DNA of 39,043 bases from Welwitschia mirabilis. Taxonomy: Eukaryota. This document shows, one piece after another, positions 1 through 11,800 of the stretch. Under the pieces are notes generated by a model. That model saw only the letters and a program-made list of their open reading frames with translations, was not told the origin of the DNA and did no database searches. The stretch is from NCBI GenBank assembly GCA_051453625.1, contig JBOZIK010000001.1:18084970-18124012 (forward strand). The letters run 5' to 3'. How positions within the stretch are numbered: position 1 is the stretch's first letter; every line of letters begins with the position of its first letter. Both the position numbers and the translations under genes were made by a program.

Positions 1-76
1 GTGTGTCTTTTTGCAAGTTATATGATTTACAGGTTTACCTAAGGACTTCAAGATTGCATAAATTCACACCACAACA

Positions 77-349
77 CATATTTATTTATTATAATAATTA
101 CAAATCTATAACTAATTGACATGTTCTAAAATGAATAATTAAATAGATAAATCTAAAGCATTAATTACAATTGTTACACAAGAGAAACTAATAAAAATAA
201 TAATTATGAAAATATTAGTTAGCTATAGAAGAAAACATATAAGAATTAAAATAATATATTAGCCTTATAAAATTTCATATTCTCTTTTAACTTATTTATT
301 AAGACATTTTAAACTTGAATCTTGATTATTAAAAATTTAGGATGTAACA
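77..349 (-). mobile_element. Partial 3' LTR of a Tekay/Del-like Ty3/gypsy element
   Basis: Minus strand reads ...TTCTTAAGGAGGGGAGAAA|TGTTACATCC. This is a polypurine tract followed by a TG LTR start at 349, resembling the chromovirus 3' junction. The left boundary is uncertain. Confidence 0.5.
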
Positions 350-364
350 TTTCTCCCCTCCTTA
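350..364 (-). other. Polypurine tract of the Tekay-like element
   Basis: Plus strand TTTCTCCCCTCCTT lies immediately next to TGTAACA (343-349). Confidence 0.55.
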
Positions 365-701
365 AGAAGTTTTCTTCTAGAAACTTAAAATTAGTTCATG
401 TTTCTATTGGAAAATATTTTGTCTCCTCAAACTACTCTACTTCTACTTATGCCTATGATAGTATTATAATAATATCTTACAACTTATATCCATTTCCTTT
501 TTATAGAGATAAGTAAGTGATCATATTTTTAAAAATTATAGATGTACTTGAAAATTATTACTTGCAATTACCTAAAACATTGAAAAACTCTTTTATCTAA
601 GTTTTAATTTCGTTTGTTGAACTAATTATTATATTAAAAATATAAGAATTTTAGTAAATTCAGCTTGATTAACTATTTCATAAATGAAAATGTTAATACC
701 T

Positions 702-1503
702 TATTGGTAAATATAGTTTTGATGATTCTACTTGTCAAACATTTTGTGTCATTGTGTAGAAAGATCACTACAAGTACATCAATATCTTAATAAGCAGTAG
801 ATCATGATGTATCTTCATAGGAAACATCTCATGAAAAGCATTAGATGATAAACTACTAAATTAATTATTTGAAGACATCTAGAAAGTTGAAGATATCTAA
901 AGTAAAGATGTTTAAAAATCTGAAGATATCTTGCATGTCTAAAAAATAAGTAGCAGGTTAAAAGATGACTACCATATTCAAGATGTCTAGAGTGAAAACA
1001 TCTACAAAATTAAAGATATCTTAGATTAAATTTCACATCGATTAAAATCAAAGTTATGCACCAAGAGCATAAATGTTAGTTATCTATTATGCAGTGGTTA
1101 TAAAATCAAATAACTATCTTTCAAGCTCAGATGACTAGATCTTCTTCAACCCTATAAAGCCTTGATGTCATAAATCTAAAAGAACTTTTTGGCACTTCAT
1201 TAAATCAAACAAATATATAGATCTTGAAATGCACAAGTAAAGGAAACCTCTCATGAAGGAATCAAAGGATTCATTAGCAAAGATATAATATTGATTTCAT
1301 CTTTTGATCTTGGATCTTCATTACTACATTGTTCATTCATACTCATAACAATAACAATAATTTTAAATAGTGTAAATCTTCATCAAACTAACATATTCAG
1401 GCTTATTATTGTATTGTATTTTTAGTTTACATTGTGGACTATCTTATTGTTGAATATTATTATAAAGTCTAATTTTTAAATATCAAATACCTTGTAAGGC
1501 AAT
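702..1503 (+). repeat. SIRE-like 5' LTR, left part
   Basis: Aligns to 22883-~23925, with about 16 mismatches in the first 80 bp, mostly transitions. It is interrupted at 1503. Confidence 0.9.
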
Positions 1504-2422
1504 TGATGGATGGCTTATATGATAAAATAAGTGTAGAAAATATTGCAAAACAATGTTAGAAACTATAAAATAATGCTAGAAAAATGTAGAAAGTACGCTA
1601 CTACTGAATTGAAATAAGCACACATCATTAAATAAAAATACATCAAAGTCTTACTAAAGAACTAATTGATACTTAACCATTTAGTTGAAAATTCATCATC
1701 ACAATAGCCTTGCGATGAAGTTACTTATACTAGTTAGGTTATTTATTTAAGCTTGATTAGTATGTACATATATTACATTAAGGGGAATACTAAAAGAAAT
1801 GAAACATAATAGTGACTAAACAAACTACTGAGCAATAGTTATTTCTAAGTACTAAAATTATCCTAGTTTATGATTAACTATACAAACAAGAGCAAGATTG
1901 AAGTAATGTTACTTTTGCAAGTCATAAAGCAAGTGCATAATGATACTATAATGCTTTTTATCTTTATATTGAAATACCAATTATCACATAAAGATGAGCT
2001 AACAAACTATGTTCTTCTTGAAAGTAATACTATGGAATACAGGAAAATGCTAGTGACACCTTTGTAGGCTAGCTGGAGTTCCCTAGATTGACCTTATTGC
2101 CTTGTCTATTCTTAGAGCCTTTTTGCCAAAATGGTCCCCATCTTTGATGGTAATCACCTTCTTATATCCTTTTAGTTTTTTCATTTCCATTCTTTGCTCT
2201 TGAGGAATAAGTATATGGTTGGGGTTGTTATGTTGATTCACTACCTTAACCTTCTCTCTCATCTTCATACCACTTGGCATCTTGTACCTAAAACATAATA
2301 ATGAAATATATACATACTAATCTACTAAAATATTAAATAACTAACTTATTAATTAGTAAGCATAAAAAAAACATCTATTTGCTAATTAAAATATATAATT
2401 AACATAAAATTCATCCTCATCA
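1504..2422 (-). repeat. 3' LTR of element B
   Basis: Roughly 85% identical by eye to 16411-17378. On the minus strand it is preceded by AAGGACTAAGAAAAATTTTAGCTTAGAGGAAC|TGATGAGG, similar to the Athila PPT junction seen again at ~38530-38559. Confidence 0.85.
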
Positions 2423-2479
2423 GTTCCTCTAAGCTAAAATTTTTCTTAGTCCTTTAACAAAAAAAAATTACAATAGATA

Positions 2480-5090
2480 AATAAAATGGAGAATCTTATT
2501 ATTTTCCTTTCCTTCTTTTGAAAATGAAGGACTGCTCCTCACTAGATTTTGACTCTTCTCTTTCTCTAATCAGCTGGGTAAACTATTTTAACTTTTTCCA
2601 AAGCCTTTAAAATTTTTCTTTGTTCTTCTTGAATAGTAGGATTATTTAAATTGATGACCTTTATTTCTACCTATTTTGAAGCTGTTTTTTTTATCCTAGC
2701 TTCTACCTCATGGAGGAACTCTTGGCTTGGCTGGTTCTCCTCTCTTTCTCTTAGGAGCTGAAGAAGATTTTGTCTTAGGACTTTGGGATACATATTCTAT
2801 TTCTAAAAATTTTCTAATTTTTGATTTCAATTTGGAGGTTTACCCTAGAGGAACTATATACATTTCAAATGAGTCTTTATTTTCTAACTTTTAAAAAATA
2901 TCCACAAATGTGCCTCTCAGCATAGTCATGTTCTGAACAATTTAATCTCTAAAAGAACATAACTATTAAAAATCCTAAGAGGACACTGCAAAAACTTTAA
3001 CATCTGATTTACATTCTTTCAAATTGTAGTATCATTTAAAAATTTTTTGAGTTCTCTTATATAAATTTCCATTCATTCTACATAATTTTAATTCATAATG
3101 CTCTAATATCTCTTTTCTTTAACCAACCTCCAGAAGTTTTTTGAATAATGGATTTTACATGTTCTTTAAAACTATCAATAAAATTATATAACTTACAGGG
3201 TTAATAGTTAAGGCTATGTGATACAGTAAATTCCTCCTACCTAAGTTTAATTCACTTACTCAACTTTATTTTTATGAGGCAAATCTTGTGGAGCAACCTC
3301 ATGTTATCCTTCTCCAAATTCTAAATAATGAGTTGGATAGACTCAAGACATATTAATCTAAAATCATTCTTTAACTCTACCTATGATTCTATCATAGTAT
3401 CAATAATACTTGATTTTATTTTATCCTCCATCTCATAAATAGAGTTTAATAAGTTGAAGGGATGCCCTAAATTGAACTCATTACTCTCCTGATTTCCTCC
3501 TTTATTTTTAAATAAAACTCTTTTATTAAAGAATTAAGTGGAGGCTAATCAGAAGAACTGGCTTCTCCCATCTGATTCTTAAGAGCCTTATTTTATTCTA
3601 TTAATTGATCCATGGCTTTCTTATTTTCTCCTAAGAAGGATTGATAGTATCCAAAGAACCTTGGACTTCATGCCATTTTTGCCTATACTCCTAGGCCTCT
3701 GCATGAATTTTCATAAATTTCTCATTCATCCCCTATAGGTCTACATAAATTTTATCTAAGAATTTTCTATTTAGGGATAAAGACCCTTTATTATGCATAA
3801 AAGTGATAAATTTTTATTGATGCTTAATATTCAGCATCATACTTTTTTGCTTGAAGTCAAATTCTATACTAAGGATACTAACATGTTTGGCCTTTCTCTT
3901 GGAAAATTTTCCATCTTTCCTCTATCTTTGGTAGCTGATTCTAGTTAAGCAATGTGTTCATAAGCCCTCTGTAATTTCCTACTTACTTCTTTAAGAGATT
4001 TAAAGAGTTGAATATCTTTTTCTCAATTGATGATCTCTCAATGTAGTTATTCATCATTCTCTTTTTCTTAGTCTAGTTTCTATTTTAATAGTTTATTTTC
4101 ATCCTTTAGATTACCAATATAGTCTTGTAATGCTAAAACTTTATCTTTCCTATCTAGACAAATTTGGATTTTATCTTTAATTAAATTCATAGTAATATAG
4201 AGGCTATTCAATTTGTCTTCCTCTAGTACTTTAGAGAATTAACTAGACTAGAATCAATGGGAAGGCAAAAGTTCTTTAGATTTAAATTAAGTTAGATCTT
4301 GTATCATATTTGAGAAAGGCAATATTGAAGGTATACTTTAAGAAGTACAAGAAGATTTCCCTGAGTCTAGCTAAGCTGTTTTGTATCCTAGAGTTTGTAA
4401 GAGACTTAACTCCTTAACCCCAAATAAACTTTAAATAGAAATCTTAATATAAGACTTATTCATTTGAAATGAATCTTTATTTTTACTTAGAATTTAGGAA
4501 ATTAAATAAGTAAATCTAAGTCCTACTACTCTCAAAGCTCTAGATCCAACTTAATTAATTTGGTAATATTCCTTACCAAACCTAAAAATATCCCTTCTGC
4601 AATATTCACGTTGGTGCAAATCATCTCATCCTTTACTATTACTATCACACATAGACCAGGTAATGTGATATGCTTTTGTTTGTAAAGAAAAAACATCAAA
4701 TTACTAGCCACAATTCTTAAAATAATGCATATTCTAGCTCTATATCTTTCTTGATTAGAATTCTTCCTTGAACTGCCATCCATTCCAGTAGACTTATACT
4801 TAGGTTTGTATCTTATTTTCTACTGGTGTTATCTTTGGAATTTCTTTTAGGTGACAAGTGTAAAATTTCTCTTATATATTCTTAAGTAATTTTTATCTAC
4901 TAGTTTTCTACAGTGGTTTCCAATATAGTTTTGACATTGTTGATTCTTAAATTTTTGTAAAATTCATATACAGATTTTAAAGAGAATATGTTATTTAGGG
5001 TAAGCCCTCAATAAGTATTTATGTAGATTTCATTAAGTAGGAGTCTAAAAGAACTTGAGAAAAATTCAACATCAAAATAACCCTACATTT
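2480..5090 (-). pseudogene. Degenerate Athila-type env-like ORF with a long charged C-terminal region
   Basis: Minus-strand translation gives LKSVYEFYKNLRINNVKTILETTVEN**IKIT*EYIREIL (~4860-4980), LRIVASNLM...VNIAEGIF (ORF 4532-4783) and FAFPLIL (~4250-4270). It sits just upstream of the PPT and LTR. Confidence 0.6.
4291..4550. mobile_element. 260-bp insertion with short TIRs flanked by TTAA (MITE-like or atypical solo LTR)
   Basis: TTAA|GTTAGATCT...AGATCCAAC|TTAA gives a 9-bp TIR with 1 mismatch. It interrupts the env-like ORF between two conserved motifs. Confidence 0.6.
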
Positions 5091-5529
5091 TATAAGAATT
5101 TATACTAGAGTAGAAGTTAAATAGGGAGAAACCTATAAATGAAAGATAAATTCTTGTAAGTCTTACAATAGAGGATATTCAAAAATAACTCATTAAGTAA
5201 AATTTTTAAATATAAGTAAAAACATTATATGAATTGAATCCATTTTAACTCCTCCCCCCAAGTGAATTTTATCATGCTCCTAAATGCTTAAAGTGGAGTT
5301 TATACCTAATATTTTTGCTTGAAGATATTTCACCATTATCAAGAAGCTTAAAAATAAGAAAACAACTAAACATGACAAAGTAAAAATACAAGGTAAAAGT
5401 GAAAATTAGTGAACTATTTCCTAATTTAAATAGTCAAAACTCATACTTACTACTTTATTTAATTCACATGATTAAGTAGTAAATAAGAAATCTTACCATA
5501 AAGAAAATATTTATAACTGGAAATTTTGG

Positions 5530-7440
5530 TACCTTGCTGATGTTTAAAAAATTTAGATGCATATTTTTTGAAGGTGAGAATTCAAAAATTTTGCTAGATT
5601 GGAGTTGATATCATGAGCACTGACATGGTTGACAAAACATGGCGTTGACATTGTAATAAGGGTTATTAAGAATAAAGAGGAGTCATTAATAATAACATTA
5701 AGTGGAATGATGAGGTAATTGAAATACATAATTAAGTGGTAGTCACTTTCCATAGAATTGGATTTAACAAGGGTCATAGAGGACTCATGAGTTNNNNNNN
5801 NNNNNNNNNNNNNNNNNNNNNNNNNNNNNNNNNNNNNNNNNNNNNNNNNNNNNNNNNNNNNNNNNNNNNNNNNNNNNNNNNNNNNNNNNNNNNTAAAAAT
5901 TTAAAAATTTTCCTAAGTTAGATCTAATATCGCAAACACTAATGTGGTTAAGATGACATGGAACTGACCTTGCAATGGGGGTCATCAAGAATGAAGAAGG
6001 ATTATTAGGAAAAAGTTTAAATGAAATGATAAGGTAATGCAAGGTATATTTAAGCGGTGATCACTCTCTACAACATTGAGTTCAATAAGGATCATCGAGA
6101 ACTTGAGAGTTCTTGATGGGAGCCATTAAATCCATTATGGAGGTGATTAAAAAAGTGCAATGATGGTCATCAAGGGATCACAAGTTCTTGACAGGGTTCT
6201 TTAAATTTCTACTATTAACATAATAAAGGTAGATATAAATAAAAAGATATAATCTCATGCTATAGTTATAAGGAGTTTAAAGGATTAAAGTTAGCTTCAA
6301 ATCTAGTCTAAAGTTTGATTTTGAACTGGTATTAATTAACTTTTGGACTTGCAAGCTAAGGATCTCACTTGAAATTCAATTTAAAGTTTTAAAACTTTGG
6401 ATCAATGTTAGTCAATCAGACAATTTTTTTCTCTCAATAACAAGATTAAAAAAAATACTTAAATTGTCTTGAAATCTAATTCAAAGTCTAAACTTTAAGT
6501 TGGTATCTATCAATCTTTAGATACTTATTTGAATGTAGATTTTTAAAGAAAGAAAGATGACTAATTTGGCTTGAAATCCAATTAAAAGTTTCAACTTTAA
6601 GTTGATGTCAGCTAAAAACTTTTAAGCTTTGAATGGCTAATCTAAAATCTAACTCAAAGTTTCAGCCTTAGATTGGTATCAATTAGTTAAGTAATCTTCC
6701 TTCTCTTGATGATTTCAAGGTTTTATTTGCAATGAAATCCTACTTGAGAAAAACATAGGTAATTTTTCTTCTTTATATTTTCTTAAAAAATCAAAGAAAA
6801 TATTTTCCTAAGATATTAAATACATCCTAAGAAAATTTCTTTTAATTAAAAGGCATCTGCAAGTTTGTGGTAAATGTTTAATAATGTGGATTACAATCAC
6901 AAGATTTAATGGGTTCCTACAGTGGCATACATCTCAAAAAATCTAAACTGATCATAAATCAATTTGAAGTTTCCAATGTAAGTAGAATCTTAGTTAATTT
7001 GGGATCCCTTGATTTGAGACCTACTTAAAGATCTATGCTCATACTTGGTACACTTCTATTAGTTAGGAAAATGTATATCACTTTTATCTAATCTTTCATT
7101 TTAAAAACAAACACATGGACGCTAGGTATCTTAGTTGAATTACACTTGTTAGATAAGAGAATCATATTTGTACTATAAATTGTATTTCCTTCATGTTGAT
7201 CATCCACTACTTTCCATTTGAGCTTGAGAATATCCTTGCTTAGTTACCTTATCTTTTCTTTAATCTTCTTTTATCCTTTATTCTTTATGGATTACACTCC
7301 TTCTTCTTATCCTATTTCTACCTCCAGCATCAAAAAGATGAAGCATTATCTATTTATCTTGGGCTCTATACAAATAGATATGTGTATTAGTACTATAAAC
7401 CCTCTATCACCTCAAGTCTCTATCAAGTCTGAGAATGTAG
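5530..7440 (-). pseudogene. Highly degenerate Athila-type gag-like ORF (element E) with a repeat-expanded C-terminus, no pol
   Basis: Relics of gag motifs: YDQFRFFEMYATV resembles DPYxHLxxFxxxCxTV, and ILGKYFL*FFKKI*RRKI resembles FLxKYFPxxKxxxLRxxI. Internal repeats lie at 6296-6690 and 5580-6115. Confidence 0.45.
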
Positions 7441-7850
7441 TTCATTAATTTTTTTACTATGATTACAAATCAACTGCTTAGGTTTTAAATGCTTTGGATT
7501 CCTTTTATTACTGAGGCTAGTAAGGATCGCTTTGGAATTAGTTTCATTTCTTCAATATTTGATCCTATAGTCCATCACTTAGTAAGTGAGTACTTGAGAA
7601 TGAGGAGTGAAGAACTACATCGACTGCTTAATTATAAGGAGTTGACTTTCAAGTTTTCTTTGAGTCAACTAGCTAGAAAGATGTAGATTATAGAAAATAA
7701 AGTTGATTAGCTTTAGAACGCCAATCCTATTCTATGTTTGATTGCATTAAGTTTTGATAAGGCAAATATAGAAAGGATAATATGGAATGCTAAAACTTAT
7801 CAAAGGTTTTAACTAGCTCATTCAAAAGAGATTAATATGCTAACTAAATT

Positions 7851-8587
7851 TGTGGGTAAAATGCATTTCTTACTCTTAGTAAGAATTCTACTAGGTTAAC
7901 ATCAAAGACTAGGCATTTTCACAGGAGAAATAAGATTTATGGTTGCTTTAAAAATTAAGTTGATTAAGTCAAAGAGTAATTTATTTAAGGATTTGATAAG
8001 TGTTTTTGCTTTTCCCTTTTGTAATTAGATGAAATAATTACTTTACTTAATAAATTTTGAGTTTTATTTCTAATAAATTATATTTTACTATTTATATTAT
8101 GGACATATCTATTGTATTAAAGGAAATTCAAATTAAATAATTTATCAAATTATTAAGATTATGCAAATTAATTTAAAACTTCAAAGTTTTCTTTTAGATT
8201 AAGTAGAATTTAATAATTATGCATGTTATTAAATGGAAAATATTTGAATACACATTCCATCATAGACTAGAATATTTTCTTTTGAATATTTTTCTTTTCT
8301 GATCTCTGGTTATGATAAGGTTCTAGTTTTGATAACTAGCTGTGTTTCAAATAACTCTTGGGGTATAATTGTTCCTCCACTTTTCATTTTTTTACAACTT
8401 GGATTAATCATAATGAGGAGAGTTTAAAAATTGTTAGAAGAGTAAGAACCCATAGGATTTCTTTCTCTCTTCTTTTGTTTAAAATATCTAAATTATGGCC
8501 AACTGACTTCTCAGTGAAGTTTTCATAGCTACCATATTATACTATTAAAGGCTACTCTTGAGAATATATGCCCTAGTACACTTATGA
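7851..8587 (-). repeat. Possible Athila-type LTR between the gag-pol element and element E
   Basis: Minus strand begins TCATAAGTGTAC (resembling TGATAAGTG) after AAGGGATACTACAGTGTG, has a TCTCCTGTG motif near its end, and ends ...CCCACA. No second copy is in the window to confirm it. Confidence 0.3.
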
Positions 8588-8607
8588 TAACACACTGTAG
8601 TATCCCT

Positions 8608-8628
8608 TATATATATATATATATATAT
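8608..8628. repeat. (TA)10 microsatellite
   Basis: Directly visible TATATA run. Confidence 0.9.
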
Positions 8629-8829
8629 CAACACACTCGGAAAGTATTTAGTTATGTGATGGAATGTGTTTTCTCAATTTTCTTAATAAAGATATTATAC
8701 AATTTTCTATTGAAGACTTATTGAGTTAACTTCTTGATTTATAATCATTTCATTCACCTTAAATAACTTGATAAATTAATATATTGAATAAGATTTAAAG
8801 AAATGACATGTTCTTTTATTATCTAGTTT

Positions 8830-11800
8830 CTGCAGCTTTATTTTAGAGGTAGAGTGAAAGTATTCTTTCCATCCTATCATGTTTTCTAAATAACTAAGTA
8901 TGAATTTATGATCATAATACAACCTTACTCTTTATCCATTAACTTGGTAAGTTACTTTTTCATTAGGATCATAGATTTATATGGCTCCATTTCCTAGAAT
9001 CTATGTTATGGTATAGGGTCCTAGCCAATTTTGTTTGTATTTTTGTTTTAAATAAATTTTCTTAGAATTATAAATTAATATAGAATATCCTATGTTAAAA
9101 TTTATTTTTTTAATTCTATTATCATGATATATTTTAGTTTTATACTGTATAAGTTCTTTATATAAAAGATCTTATTTTCTATTTTCATCTAAAATATTCA
9201 TATTCTTTATCCATTTTTTTGAGCTACATCTAAATTATATTTTAATTCTTTAGCTAATTTAAATTTTTTTATTCTAAATTCAATTGGTAAAATACCTTTT
9301 TTCCATACAGTAATTCACATAGAGTAAATCATGTAGTACATTTCTAAGTTATTCTATAAGTCGATGAATCTTCATTTAACTTATTAGCCTAATCAAGTTT
9401 CTTATTGTTTTTAACTTTTGTTAATATTCTATTAAGTTCTCTATTAGTTACTTTAGCTTGGTCATTAGATTGGGGATGATAGGTAATAAAGAGTTTGTGA
9501 TGGATTCCAAACTTGGTCAAAAGTTTCTCAAAAACTTTACTAGTAAAATGAGTTTTCCTATTAGATATAAGACTTTGGAGGGCTTCAAACTGAAAGATGA
9601 TATTCCTTAGAAAAACGTTAACTATGGTTTGGAAAGAATAATTTATTATAAACTTAGTTTCAGCCCATTTAGGAAAGTAGTCAATGCAGACCAAAATATA
9701 TTTCTTTTTAAAAGATGGAGGATTGATAGGTCCAATAAAATGTATTTTCCAAACATTAAAAGGTTTAATCATTTGAATCCATTGTTGTGGCATTTCTAAC
9801 TTTTGGTTAAATGTGCCTTTCCTTTAACATTTATTGCAACTTTGGACATAGATGTTTGCATAATTAAATATGATGATCTAATAGTATTCCATATGAAAAA
9901 TTTTCATTCTTGTTCTCTTTGCACCGTAATATCCTCCTCCTTCTCTATCATGATCTTTATTTAAAATTTCTTTCTATAAGTTTTCCTTTATGCATCTTTT
10001 AATGACATGGTCTTTGCATTCTCTAAATAACATCTTCTCATGATAAATATAGTCTCTAGATTCCCTTAACAATATTTTTCTTTCATAATAAGTTATAAAA
10101 GAGGGTAATCTTTTACTTACAAAAAAATTAGCAATATTAGCATACCACACATTTGTGGTTATCTGAAAAAGGTATTCACCAGGAAACTCATCTCTTATGC
10201 TGATCTGCTATGCATCTAGGAACTATAACCTAGATAAGTGATATGTGATTTACATTCTTTATTTCTTTTCTATTAATGAATTTTAAATCAAAATCCTACA
10301 TTAATAATATCCATCTCATAATTCTTGAGTTTTCTTCTTTCTTATTCATTATAAATCTAATGGCACTATGATTAATATGAACTTTACTTTGTAACCTAAA
10401 ATATAATGTCTAAATTTTTCTAATCCCATTATCACTACTATCAATCCTTTCTCTCTTATCATATAATTTTTCTGAGTTGGTTTGAAATAATTACTGATTT
10501 AAACAATGAAATATGATTTATTATCTTCATCTTTCTATCCTAAGACTACTCTCGTAGCATGTTTAGATGCATCTATCATAATGTGAAATGGGTTTGTCCA
10601 ATTTGGTCCTTATAGAATAGGTGCTAATAGAAGTTTATCTTTTAAGGTTTTAGAGGCATCTTGACATTTCTTAGTTCAGTTATATTCTGCATTATTTTAT
10701 AGAAGATTACTCAAAGGTTTAGTAATTTTACTAAAATTGGATATGAATCTTGTATAATATACAGCATGTTATAGGAAGATATTAACTCTTTGAGTTTAGT
10801 TGGGGTTGGAATATCTTTTATAGCTTTGATTTTATATTCATCAGTGTCAATCCCATTTTTAGATATCTTATGTCCTAATACTATGCCTTCTGTCACCATA
10901 ATATGACTTTTTGACTAGCTAAGTTTAAGTTGTTTTTCCTCACATCTTTTAAAATCTTTTTCTAGTTTCTTAAGTAACTCTTTAAAGTTCTTTTCAAATG
11001 TTAAGAAATCATCCATAAATAATTCAACTAATTTTTATATCATGTCTTGAAAAATACTATTTACTGATCTTTGAAAAGTACTAGAAGCATTACATAATCC
11101 AAATGATGGTACTTCATAGGCATAAGTACCCCAATGATAAGTGAAAGTTATTTTGCCTTAATCCTCTAAAGCTATAGAAACCTAACTGTGGCCACTATAT
11201 TCATCTAGGAAATTGTAGTATTAATATCTAGATACTCTTTTCAAAACTTGATCAATAAATGGAAGAGAAAAGTAATCTTTATAAGTTGGTGTATTTAACA
11301 TTCTGAAATCTATATACACTTTCCATTTATTTCCTTTCTTTGGTACAATTGTTATATGACTAACCCATTTTAAAACAAATATTGTATAAATGAATCCTAC
11401 CTCTAAGAGTTTAAAAATTTTCTATTTAATTACCTCCTACGTATGTGAATTACACCTTCTCTCTGGTTGCTAACTTGATTTAATAGAAGTATGTAAATAG
11501 ATTTTGTATTGGGAAATTTTTAGATCTATTCCTTTAATATCTGTATCATACTAAGTAAAGGATTCTTTTCTTTTAATTAACATTCTTTTAAGTCTACTCT
11601 TCTAAGAATGAATTAAATAACTATTTATGATTAAAGATCTATTAGGAGCTACCTCAATATACTCTAGCCCTTTTAATAGAAGGCTTTTTCATTTCTTTGG
11701 TTTCTAAATCTTCTTCCTTTTATTTATCCTCATTTTATTTATTTAACATTATATTAACTTCTTATGTCAGGATTTTATTAGTTCTTTCTTTGGTGTTTTA

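Noticed and set aside
380-520. Chromodomain at the end of the Tekay-like pol
   Set aside because: The position fits, but no clear EEATWE/YPxLF motif could be read, so it is not called.
2083-2280. 65-aa ORF as a host gene
   Set aside because: It lies within LTR B, and the second LTR copy does not preserve it as an ORF.
2480-5090. Endogenous caulimovirus movement or coat protein
   Set aside because: No convincing movement-protein or caulimoviral RT motifs; the EFYxNL motif and position before a PPT/LTR fit a retrotransposon env-like ORF better.
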